A stretch of 64,000 nt of DNA from Lama guanicoe (taxonomy: Eukaryota). The DNA is taken from contig MU053557.1 of NCBI GenBank assembly GCA_013239625.1, forward strand, positions 4,060,123-4,124,122, read 5' to 3'. Shown one piece after another: positions 26,943 through 38,750 of the stretch. A model generated the notes under the pieces. That model ran no database searches, had not been told where the DNA came from, and saw nothing but the letters and a program-made list of their open reading frames with translations. The position numbers and the translations under genes were made by a program. Every line of letters starts with the position of its first letter. Position 1 is the stretch's first letter.

Positions 26943-28297
26943 AGAGGTCTCAAGGAGTCAAAGAAAGTCAAAGAAAGGAGAGAGAAGGAGACAACAGTAC
27001 AGGCTGTGGACATAGGACTTTCTGCCTTCGGCCATTAATTCAGGAAACCTAAGGCATCAAGAGAAAACGAGCTACCAGAGAGCATGTGTATGTATATGTC
27101 TCTGTGAATCTTTTACTAGCAACACTTCAGTTATCCAAAGGTCAGGTATCCAGATCCAGTGACCGTAACTATCCACAAACCTGCACAGAGGTGTTTTTTG
27201 CTTTTTTTTTTTTTAAAGGCCTCTGAGTAATCAGAGTAGTTGCTCCAAAGGTACAAACTTTCCTTGTAGTCTTCCCTGGTTTTTCACTCAGAGGATATTT
27301 AAACTTAGTTCCCATACAATTCTAGAGTGCTTGGTTCTTCCACATACAGCAGAGCAGAGACTAGAAAATAGGATGGGAAGGGAGATAGGTAACGCTAATG
27401 CTAGATAAACTGATGATAGCTGACATGTGCAAAGAGAATAGAAACATAAAAAAGGCAACAAAAATCAACACAGCAAAACCAGCTGGGGCCATGTAAGGCA
27501 GAGGAAAATATTTCAAACATCCCCAAGGCCATTACTGTAGTGTAAAATAACTTACTAATAGAAGTTCAAAATAACGACTTTGAACAAAGTTACTCAAAAT
27601 CTGATTTGTTACTAGGGTAATCCAAATTGAGTCTATAGTTCACTTAATAATATTGGCTAAATGCTAATTTCCTGTCTTTTGATAAATGTTCCACCGTTAC
27701 ATAAAATGTCAGCATTAGGGGAAGCTGTGTGAAACGTATATGGAAACATTCTGTACCATCCCTGTACCATTCTTCTATAGATATGAAAGTCTTTCAAAAT
27801 AAAAGGGGTTTTAAAAAAATAAAGACTGAAAAAAACCAGTTTAGTCACAATTATTTGTTTGGGAAAGATGGAGTTCATCACTTCTAGCCAAAGACACACC
27901 GGATGAACTGAGTCCTCGGATAACCCAGATGAGAGAACTCTGGGGACCACAGCTACACTGGCTGAATTCGGCTCCAACAAGTGCTCGTCTCCCAGAGGAC
28001 GTGGGAAGTCTGTGCTCCCAGAACACGGAAGAAGCCCAAATCAAAATTTTAAGTTAAGGAATAGAAAATAAAGTTCTCAAGCCATATGAATCTTTGGCCT
28101 TCAGGTCAATAGCAATCAAGGTCCAGGAGAAACTCTGGGTGTGGCAGACCTCTGCCAACAACTGATAGTGATGTGTCCAGTGGACTCAACCTGGTCCAGT
28201 GAGGATGGAAGAGTAAGCAGAAACCAAGGGCACTTCGTAGGAAGAAGGGAGTGGACAGACACAGGCAGACGCGTAACACCGACAGTGACAGACTTAC

Positions 28298-28373
28298 AGA
28301 GCACGTTCAGAGTTAGACAGGAACTGGTCTATTGCAGAAGAGCAGGAAGAAGCTGGAGACAGAGGGACAGCCA
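28298..28373 (-). CDS. HTR4: HTR4 cassette exon g ([S]GCPSVSSFFLLFCNRPVPV*, coding 28313-28373) with nested e (28352) and f (28328) acceptors
   Basis: ctaaaag|T GGC TGT...GTC TAA; gtaagt donor at 28297-28292; RPVPV terminus is the known 5-HT4 e/f/g tail. Confidence 0.92.
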
Positions 28374-29380
28374 CTTTTAGTTGAAACAGAAAACAGCCAC
28401 AGATGAGGGAGAGCCAAGCAGAAGTTGGGAAAGAAAAAAGAAGGAAAACGCAGAGGTTAGTGGACAGGTGATCTCGGCCAAAGTGAGCACTGTAGTAGAC
28501 TCAGAGTGCCTCTAGGGGAGGGTCAGGAGGGGAGCATAATCGCTGTACAACATGGTTATGCCACACTGTACGTCTAAAAAGCACTCTCACAGCTAGAATC
28601 TCATTTGAGTTTCACAAACACCTGGGAGGTTCACAGTGCCGTTTATTACCTTTACTTACTAGGTAAGAAAACAGGCACAGAGAGGAAAGTCATCTGTCCA
28701 AGGGCACCTGGTCATTAGCAGCTAAGACACAACAGAAGCCAAGTGTTCTGAGTTACCTTCTGCAGTACTGTGACCGAGATGTGTGCAGAAAGCCACCCTC
28801 CTTCCTTCCCTTTCCTCTTCTTCATCATTAGCCAGGCCCCATCCTGTATTCCTGGCATAAATCATCCCACCTAAAATGTCCCCCTGTGTAACATTCCATA
28901 TAATACTCATGTCAACCTTGAGGTAGGTACTATTAACCCTCATTTTCTAATGTGGAACCTGAAGCTTAGATGCAACGTGACCAAGATAATCTAGTTAATA
29001 GGAGGGAAAACTGACTCGACCCCAGGGCCCTCTGGCTCAGAAGCACACACCTCTAAACTCTGAGCATTGTGGTTCTCCGAGCTTGCTTCTAAAATCTGGA
29101 GCGTCCTATTCCCCACCCTTCCCTTAGTCAGATTCTGGACCAGGAAAGCAAAGAAGCTCTTTTCTTCTTGAGCTCTGGGCCCCCTTTCAGGAAGGAAGAG
29201 CCATGCATGGCTCCCTCGTGTTTCCCAGAGATACCCCGCCCCCTGTATTAGGAAACCCTATTCAAACATCCCCTCCACACGTCCAGGGCCCCAGGTTCTT
29301 AAAGGCTCTTGCAACTCTGACCACTTCTTTCTGTATCAAGACATCAAGTTCCACTTCAGGTGACAAAAGGCCAGGCAGAA

Positions 29381-29416
29381 AGCCAGGATCCTGGAATTAG
29401 CCAGGATCCTGGAATT
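29381..29416. repeat. 18-bp tandem duplication agccaggatcctggaatt x2
   Basis: Exact copies at 29381-29398 and 29399-29416. Confidence 0.95.
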
Positions 29417-32232
29417 TTTAAGGGCAATTTGGTTAAACTCATTCAACATAAAGATTAAAAAGCACAGAGCATACCCTCTTCGTGCTTCTTCCATCTTCTT
29501 TAGCTAATCTCCTGATACGTCTATGCTGAGGAATCTTTAAGAATGCAGTTGGGTATGGCCACTTCCTTCTTAGCAATCATCTTTGGCCATCTCTATGTAT
29601 CCCTTTTCCCTTTTTTAAACAAACATAGCACTTTCTGCTTCTATAATTTATTTGACATTATAAACTGCCTCATGACAGCCCTTGCTGTGGCTTGTTAAAT
29701 GCAACTGTACGTACATTTAAATAGCACGTTTCCAGGCCAAATTACAAGCCTCCTGTAGAGGAGGAACCATGACCTAGTCATCTAACAGCTATTATTTTAT
29801 TGACTATTAGCTAAGCAATGGCGGTTGAGAGTTAAGCGTCCAGAATTCTTACCTCAGCTCTGTGACTTACTAGTCTCACAACCTTGCACCTCCCTGTGCC
29901 TCGTTTTCCTCATCTGTGACAGTACCTCCCTCCGCGAGTTATGGTGAGGCATGTTCAGGGTGCTCATCCTGCCTGGCATGGTGCTCATGAAATATCAGCC
30001 AGTTCTATGCTAGTCAAACATTAAGTTAATTACCTGATGAAACAATGATTGGACCCGCGATTTTTTCTTCTTTCAACTGGTTCTCTCTAGTCCTTCATTA
30101 GCCTGATGATATATCTTAGTATCCTTCATGAACAAGGCTCTGTAAGGGGTACCACTCAAACACTATGTCTACTCTATGGAAAGTTCCAATTTCAATAACT
30201 CATATGCTGGCATGAAATTTTAAGAAAGAAACTCAGAAACCTTTAGTAGGCTATAAGTAATCAATTGAAGATTTAAATATCTGGATATCTGTTCGCATGA
30301 CATGCTTTCCTGGAAATCAGACAATTAGGACCAGGCCACTCAAACACTAGCACCACGGTGCATTCTAGTGCAGCAGGTGAGAACACTCCTTGCCTCTAGG
30401 TTTTCCATGGTTCAGTAGTTTCCAGTATTCGTGTGGGGCTGGGATTACACATAGGGTAATATACATTATTACAAATAACTAACACTTGCTATATGTATAT
30501 ATATTATTTTATTAGACCTTAGTAATTATTTAACTAAAAATATAACTACCCTTACATATTTATAGCTTTTCTTTTAAATGCAAGTAACAATATTGTTTTT
30601 CTTGGATATAACCCTTAACGAGTTTAATGAGAGAACTTTTGAGAGTACAACGTGTAGGTAAGTTACAGACATGTCTGAAAGGAGGGAGCGATTCTGGCAA
30701 AAAGGGAAAAAAACCTTTCCTTGTGAAAATCTCAGAAGAGGATATAATTCTTACAAACACTTTTTTTGCACTGCACTACACTTTAAAATGGGCGAAGTGA
30801 TTAAAGCTACACATTGAAGAAATGTAAAGATAAAATTTTAAATATTAATATAAAATTAAAATTTAGATTTTCAGAATGTTTCTAATTTGTTTTAAAGACC
30901 TATTGCCTGTCCCCTGTCCATGTCGACCCTGCTGAATAGTTTTCCTGTGACCTCTGGCTGTTTGCATTTTTGCTGGCTGGAGTGATCATGCAAAACCTCA
31001 CCCAGCTGAATGTATGTTTTTGTACACAGAGATTGTTCCGTACATTTGTACTGCAGACCATGATCTTACAAAGCCTTTGATATCTATTATTTTACTTTTT
31101 ACTCTCCACAAACCCATGAGGTTAGTACTGTGCAAGTCTGAATGGAAAAGAAGGCACATATCCCTTCCCCTGCCCAGATAATGTAGAGGACTGCTAACTG
31201 ATTAGTTGCACCCTTCTTAAATTCAAACATATTCAATCCAGGCAGAGCCTTGGCCTGGCAGCTTGGAACAGAGCTGAGGTATGTCACAGGCCCAGGAAAC
31301 AGCACAGTGCAGGCTGCCTTGGCTGTTGTTTGGATGGGGATGTGACAAGCAGGGGTTGGTTTAGCCAACTGCCTGGCAGCAGGTGTTAGGAAAACTCAAA
31401 GCCAAGAAGACAAGGCTTGGTGGCAGATAGAGAAAAGAGGCCAGGCAGAGGGCTGGGATCCTAGATAATGGCTCGGAGTGTTTCCAATACCTGAACAGCT
31501 CCTGCAATCTGCTTTGGATAAGAACTCTGGCTTTCCCATTAACTCTACCTCATTACTCCCACCTAAAAGGGTCTTATCTACAAGTATTGAATTAATACCT
31601 TAAAATCATTTGCCATAGGCTCAGAAGAGCGGCCTATATCTGGCCCAGTGCAGGGGCCCACAGGGGTGTCCTCTCTGGGCAGGGAGGTCACATCATCCTC
31701 TTCCTCAGACTGAGGGCTCTACGTCTAATGGACAACAGTTGCTGGCCCAGTCTCAGAGCTGTTTCTAAGCAAAGCTTAATGTCGTAACCAAAGGCAAATC
31801 ATTAGCTTCCCCGAGCACAGCAAATCCTTACCTACCAAGTATACTTCCATTAATTCTGCCCTATACATCAGAGGCAATGCTGAAGCTTCTTAAGGGTAAT
31901 TTTCATTATCTTTGCTGCAACAATATCAGGATACACAACTTTACATACTGCCCAACAACAGCGTTTATCTGAGTCTACTGCCTTCAAAAAAAAAAATCCG
32001 AGCTAAAGTTGAACTAAGCTAAATCTGGTTGAAACTATAAGGACTCTTTTTGTGAGCTAACTTTCAAATGTTACCTACTTTTATAGTCATCAACTCAATC
32101 TAATACTGCACCACTACAATCTTAACAACTTGCTTTAAACATCACTCTGAATGCACACTTCGTTCAAGTGTGCTAAATTTAGCCTTTGGCCAGAATCAAA
32201 TAAAATACAGTTCTGATCTAACCACACCAGCT

Positions 32233-33992
32233 CTGCTGTCAAAAAAGTCCTGGCTCCTCGCCTCACACTTTCTTACTCCAGGTGCCTCAGCTTGTCCTTG
32301 GCGGCAGGTTAAGTAAGGTCTGGCACATTCTGAAGCCACCTCTGCCGGGGAGAGGAACTGTTAGAAGGCTGCTGCTGACCGCTCTTGATAAATCGCGCTC
32401 TCCGCACTATTAACGATGACATCCTACGGGGGGTGGTGTTTGTGTGGTCAGGGCTTTTTCCATTAGGCTTGGTCATCAGGAGTTGGCTGGTTACAAATTC
32501 AGTCCAAAGATCTAATGGCTGGAATCCAATTATCCCAGCTTCCTGTCTGCAGAGCCCTGCCAGGGAAGAACACAGTCGTGTTTGCCTGCCCTGTCAGGCT
32601 CCCAGGACTCAAAGTGTATCGTTTGGAGAAAAGTAACAAACAACAGGTCCTCAGATGTTTCGCTGCAGAGGCAACATGGTGTGGAAAGAGGATGCACTGG
32701 TCCAGAATGCAAAATCTAATGCTAGTCCATATTCTGCCTCGTCTTGACTCAGTGTCTAGCCCTTCCCTTCTTCGAGCTTCTGTTTCTCATTTATTAGAGG
32801 GAGAGTGTTAACACCAAACACTGGGCTGTTGGGAGCTTTTTAAGGAGATAATGCACGTGAAAGAGATTTGAAAACTGTAATGACGATGGTGCTGGTCATG
32901 ATGATAACAAGGTTAGCTGACATTTATTGAGTGCCTACTGCGAGAAGGGCACCATAGTAGGTGTTAAATAGACACCAGTTCACTTAATACTCACAAACAT
33001 CTTTTGAAAAATTGGTGATGATGGTAAAAATGATATTAATAACAATATTAATGTTTCTTAAGTGTTTACCATATACCAGCCTCCAGTGTCAGTATTTTAT
33101 GCATATTAACATAAGTAATCCTTACATCATTTGAAATAGATACTATTACCATCTATACTCGACATACAAGAAAAACTGGATACAGCACTTGAGTAATTTG
33201 CTCAAGATCATGCTGGTGATAAGAGGCCACAATGACTCAAACACAGGCATTCTGATTCTACAATGGGAGTTGATAAACTTTTTCTATAAAAGGCTAGATG
33301 TAAGGATTTCAGGTTGGCAGGGGCACATACCATTTCTGTTGCTTCTACTTTTTTGGGGGGGTCTGTTTAGTTTTTTATTGTTGTTGATTTTTGCTTACTT
33401 TTACACCCCTTTACAAATGTAAAAATCATTCTTAGCTCAAAGGTTACACAGAAATAGGCTGACAGCTGGACTTGGCCCACTGTAGTTTGATGACCCTTGC
33501 TCTAGAGATGATTTCATGTTTTACATGTAAAGAAGTTAATGCTCAGGCACTTTAGTAATGGAAATCAAGATCTGAATCCAGTTTTGTTTTTTTTCTGCTT
33601 CCAGAAACTGTGTCAACCCTTACTCTATTGCTTTCACATATGCTGTTAAAATGTAAAATATTACCGCCGAGGAAGGTACGCTGTACTCATCCTAGTTAAT
33701 TTCTAAACAGAATAGGCATTTTTCCTATTGGAACAGACTTGGGGACAAAATAATAGTCTGATATTTAGCAGACTCAATGCCTAGTACAGTGCCTGACACA
33801 TAGTAGGTATGCTATAGATCACTCTTCAGTGAAATAATTCTGATTTCTGATTAGATTCAATGATTCACTAAGATCTAAGCCACTTGCTCAAACTCTCTAG
33901 ACGTTGTGTTTGAGTCTGTAAATGAATAATCCTGCTGTCAAAAAATTCCTGGCTCCTCACCTCACATTTTCCTACTCCAGGTAACTCTGCTT
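32233..33992 (+). repeat. Dispersed 61-bp direct repeat pair (32233-32293 and 33932-33992)
   Basis: Ungapped manual alignment, 7 mismatches, offset 1699. Confidence 0.85.
33262..33500 (+). mobile_element. MER58-family hAT-Charlie element
   Basis: aaactttttctataaaaggc...tgtaaaaatcattcttagctc...ggacttggccc. Confidence 0.65.
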
Positions 33993-35649
33993 AGGGAGTC
34001 TGTAACAATTTGTGAGATAATTTCCACAGAGCTATTTGGAGGAAAGATGTTATGTGAAAAAAAAAGTATCTTCACAATGAATTGCTCTGTTGATAGCAAT
34101 GGCACTTGGGGACTCTATTTATGACTTTGAAATAAATACATCACTAACCAGAGGCAGGACAATATGGACAACTCTGCGACTTCATCAAGTTAATACTGTC
34201 ACATCCACCAATACAGTCTTGCAATAATGCGTGGATTTTTATTTTAACCTTGGGTTTTTACTTCAGGGAATAAATACACTTCTTAGAAATGTATTCAAAA
34301 TTCTGTCCAGATTTCTAGGGGAAAGGCTATCTATTTTATCAGACAAAGAGTTTTATTGTACCCTAAATGTTAGAACTGCAATAAAATTGCTGCACTATGG
34401 TTTACACCTGATGAGGGAAAGGGAAAACTTGCTGGTGTGTCGTGATCAGTATTAGGTTTTCCAGATGCCCCTGTCAGTATAATGCTTTCTTATACTCTCA
34501 GGATACCTACTTAGGGTCCTAGAGCAGCTCAGGTGTCTGGGTCTGCAATCCACCCAGAAGGTTAATCGCTGTTCTAGGCTGGCTGCAGTGACCCGCACAC
34601 AGGGAAACCAACAGGGTAAAAGCAGCCACAAAATGCAGCAATAGAGTCTCTTCCATTTTTATCTTCAGCCCAGGATCAGGCCCAGAGAGACTGCTATAAT
34701 AAGCCAGAGGCTGTTTTTTTCCCCCTCCTTAATAGCGCTTGGCACAACTCCTGGTACACTGAGAGGGTCTGATAAAAGTCTGTCTGAATGAAGATCAGGA
34801 TAATGATGACATTGATAAAAATTATCCCTTACATTCCTGGGATGATTAATAAGATTGCCTCATTCTGGTATCTCTTGAGATACTATCTCAAGTATACCGT
34901 CCATATAGGCCCCTGGCCTTTGTCAGTTAGGGGTTGTTTTTACCTTGTACTGTTTGCTGTTGGTGATGGCTTTACACTGGAAAAGCTTGGATGCTTCTCT
35001 TTTGTGTGTGAGCCTGAGAGCATCCTTCCTCGGGGAGCATGGTTGTTACCCCAGGGAATTAGGTCCTGTGGGCCTAGACCAGGGTGGGGTGGTTTAGGCT
35101 CCACAGACAAGTCAGTTCATGAACTATGCCTAAGCTTTAACTGGCAAGTGGTAGAAAAAAGCTGAGGGGTTGCTGCATACAGAGCAGGGAGAAATCACAC
35201 ATGGACCTGACAGCTGGAAAAGGAGGCGGGACTTGGCCCATTTTAACTCGTTTCACTCTGAGTTGGGTGTTGTGTCATGGGCACGAACAACACATCGATG
35301 AGCAACTGGGACCCACTTTGTTTTCGAGTAGGGCTGTTGAACGTGGAGAATTTTCAGCATATAGAACATGTTGGGGGTTGTTACTTGGTTCTTCTTTTTG
35401 TTAGTTGTTTCGTGTGTATGTGTGATTTTAAAGATAGATTAACCAATACAGATGTCAAGGGAAAAGAATTGGAAGATAAAGGTAGTTAACTAGCATAAGG
35501 TGACGGAGAACAAGCTCTAAGAGGTGGCAGTGAAACTGGAGAGAAAAGACTAGATTTAAGTCTTTTCAAAGTTAAGAGAATTTGGAGACTAAATGTAACA
35601 GGCATAGAAGGTAAAAAAAATCAGAGATGACTTCCCACCTGGAATACTG

Positions 35650-35650
<1 letters not shown>

Positions 35651-35711
<61 letters not shown>

Positions 35712-35719
35712 TAATAATA
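35651..35719. repeat. (AAT)n microsatellite, about 20 perfect units
   Basis: Seen directly; explains the poly-Leu ORF 35572..35790. Confidence 0.95.
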
Positions 35720-38689
35720 CTGTGCATATGTTGCCCACTCCTATACATTTTAGAATAGTGTGTCTTAACTGATCTCACTGGGCTTACCACTCCTTGCCTG
35801 GCTTTCTAGTTTTTGTGACTCTATCTTTTCCTGACCTATTCACGTGGAAGCCATCAAAGGTCAATGAAAAAAATTGATTTATCTCTCCTCTCTCAGCACA
35901 AAAATCTTTGTCAAGGGAATAAAATAAAAGGTGGTATCTGTGAGGTGAGCTAGAGCATTTCTTTCATGAGAAATTTAAGACCCAGAGAGCAAGCGGCTCG
36001 CCAGAAGTCCCCCAGCTGGTGAGAACAGGACTGAAGGTGGAATCAGAATCCATGTTTTTTTTTCCCCCATTATACAGGCTATTCCATATGAAACCATCAG
36101 TTGCAAAGGAAGGTTTAAATAGCAAATAAATGCCAGGAAATTAGAAAATAAAGAGAGACTGCTCTCCACCAAGAGGGCTACTATTAGATGAGACAGAATT
36201 CTGAAATGACTTTGGCCTTTTGCTTTTATAAGCTCAATGTTTCCGGAAGGCTCTGTGTGGACGAGAGGAGACAGCAGTAATAAGGGTGACCCTGATAAGA
36301 ACACTCTTCCCTGGTTCCTTCCATTGACTCACATCCCCTTGACCAACTGCCCACTCTCTGGCGGGCTGGGACAAGAGGTCCACCAGCAATGGTGCCTTGG
36401 CTCAGCCAGCCAGGGGCTTTTCACTTGAAATTATGAAACCCTGGCTCAACTTCTCTTTCACAAAGCCTTAGTAATGGATGACTCACAGTCTCCTCCATGG
36501 CCAGTTCCTGAGGATGACAGAGAGATTGCTATAAGGCTTTAGAGAAAGAATGTGGGGTGGTGGTGGGGTGGTCCATGTTCTAGCCAAGAATTTCATCATT
36601 AAGCAGTGGCATATGGGCCCCCATTTGGACCCTGTTGACAAGAAGACCATACACTAATGATTACCAGGCTCATTTAGGGGGACCAAGGCTGGAATGAAGT
36701 GACGTAACCCTCTAATGGCATTCGATACTGAGAAAGACTCAATTGAAATCAAATTATCTGATCTCAACCAAGTTTTTTAAGAACACACATAATGTCTGAC
36801 ATTTCATCCAAGGCTCCAGACTGATTTAAATGACTGTCCATCCAGGCTCCCAGGGTACTCACACATAATATAAAGTGTCTTCTAACACTGGAGGGAGTGT
36901 CTTTTCAAAATTTGATGGTATTAATTCTCTTACCTTCTGCACAGGCAGAAAAACTGAATATGAACTCTCAGGATAGGCAAATCTAGGCTTGTGTTCTGGC
37001 TTTGCTCATTATTATTTGTATAACCTTAGTTCAGAAACTTAGAAACCTTAAGCCTCATTTTACTTATCCATAAAATGGGGGTTATTATATATAATACAAC
37101 AATAAAATAATAACAAAATACAAATGATCTGTCTGGTGGTGTTCTAACTGCTATCATATACACAATTGTATTTAAATCATACGAACTCATAAGTTAGGTA
37201 GCATTAACATCTCAGTCTTACTCATGAAGAAACTGAGGCTCAGTGAAGTTAATTAACTTGCCCAAGGAAACACAGTTAGCAAGTTCGGAGGCTAGGATTC
37301 AACACAGCCACTGCTTTTTTTGAAAATTAAATGTTATAAGATACGTAAAGTGTCAAAGTGGTATTGACATATCTTAGGTGCTCAAAAAATTTGTGTCCCT
37401 TTACCATTTCAGAAGGAGAAGTTAACTCACAAACTGGAGAAAATAAAGAGACATTTTATGCATTCCATAACAAGACTCGAGTGACAACTGAACTCCATTT
37501 CCCACCCTCACGCAGCATGTAAATCTTCTCTGACTCTGTAACCAAATCCCTCTTCATCTCCAGCGTCTCCATAATAGTGCTCATAGCCAGCCCTTCTGTG
37601 GATCAGACGACTGACGTAGAAATAACCAGGGCCTACCACCTACACCACTTCCCCACCCTTGGTTTCTCAACAACCTTCCCACGTGTCTCTACATGCGGCT
37701 TTGAAACTTTCATTGTCATGGAATCCAGAGTAATAATAGTAACAGCTACACTTCAGGGAGCGCTAACTGTACACCAGGAACTATGCTCTACCGTTTTTGA
37801 GCTCTAACCCGCTGAAGCCTCACAACACTCTTGGGGATGTGCAATCATCATCCCCGTGCTAAGAAGAAACTGAGGCTCAGAGAGTCATGAACTTGGCCAA
37901 AGTCACACACAATTAGTAACTGGAAAAACCTGATTCTAAAACCATGTCTGTCGAATGACAAAGCCCAAGCTCTTAATGACAGGAAGTTTCTTGATTTATA
38001 GATGCAAAACTTAAGCGAGAGATGGGCAGGGACGTGCGCGGTCTTACCGCAAGTCAGTTAGGATGCTGAGGGGAACAACACTTCCTGACATCTCGTGAGC
38101 ATGTTTCATCACACTCTAGCCTGAGCAGCTCTCACTGTATCCAGTCCACATCCATGCCCCGGACCATCTGTCATTCACTCCGTGCTCTGTGCTGTCTCAA
38201 CAAATGCCACTACTGGTGAAATGGTAGCCAGTGTTTTCCAGGGTTAGACAATGTCAAGTAACTCATACTTCAGTCTGATTTACCACCACATTCTATACAT
38301 ATAAAACTTTAAGCTTAAATTCTTTTTCAACAGACAGTCATGAACCAAAAAAAGGGGGGGGTTTTGCCATAAATCAGGGAAATAATGGTATTTTAAAACT
38401 CTAATCCTTTGCTACTTTCAAGAAATATGATAAACATCTTGATTTTATTCAAAACCGTCACAGAAAGATTTTCCTCTTATCAGAAGGCTGCAGCTTTTGC
38501 AGTGGGTGGAGTATTAAATGGCAGAGCAGCAGTGAGATTTGGGGGCTGAAAGAGTTAAGCAGGATGGTGCAGTGCAGATGCAGATGTAAGCAATGAAAAA
38601 CTCCACATCATTCCATATAAATTCAGTGAATTTATTGGACAGCTTCAGTGCATAAAAACCTGTGTTGGGCACAAGAGAGGGGGGAAAAA

Positions 38690-38750
38690 GAAAGATGCTC
38701 AGTAAGAATTGGCTCCTGTCCTCAAGGAGCTCAAAATCCAGGAGGGAAGT
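38690..38750 (-). pseudogene. HTR4: Site corresponding to HTR4 exon d (RF*) with GG in place of the AG acceptor, in an L2 3' end
   Basis: Minus strand cttccctcctgg|A TTT TGA gctccttgaggacaggagcc; lies between exons c and g. Confidence 0.5.

Noticed and set aside
35515..35535. CTCF-like motif (agaggtggcagtg)
   Set aside because: Lacks the conserved 5' CC core; cannot be called by eye.
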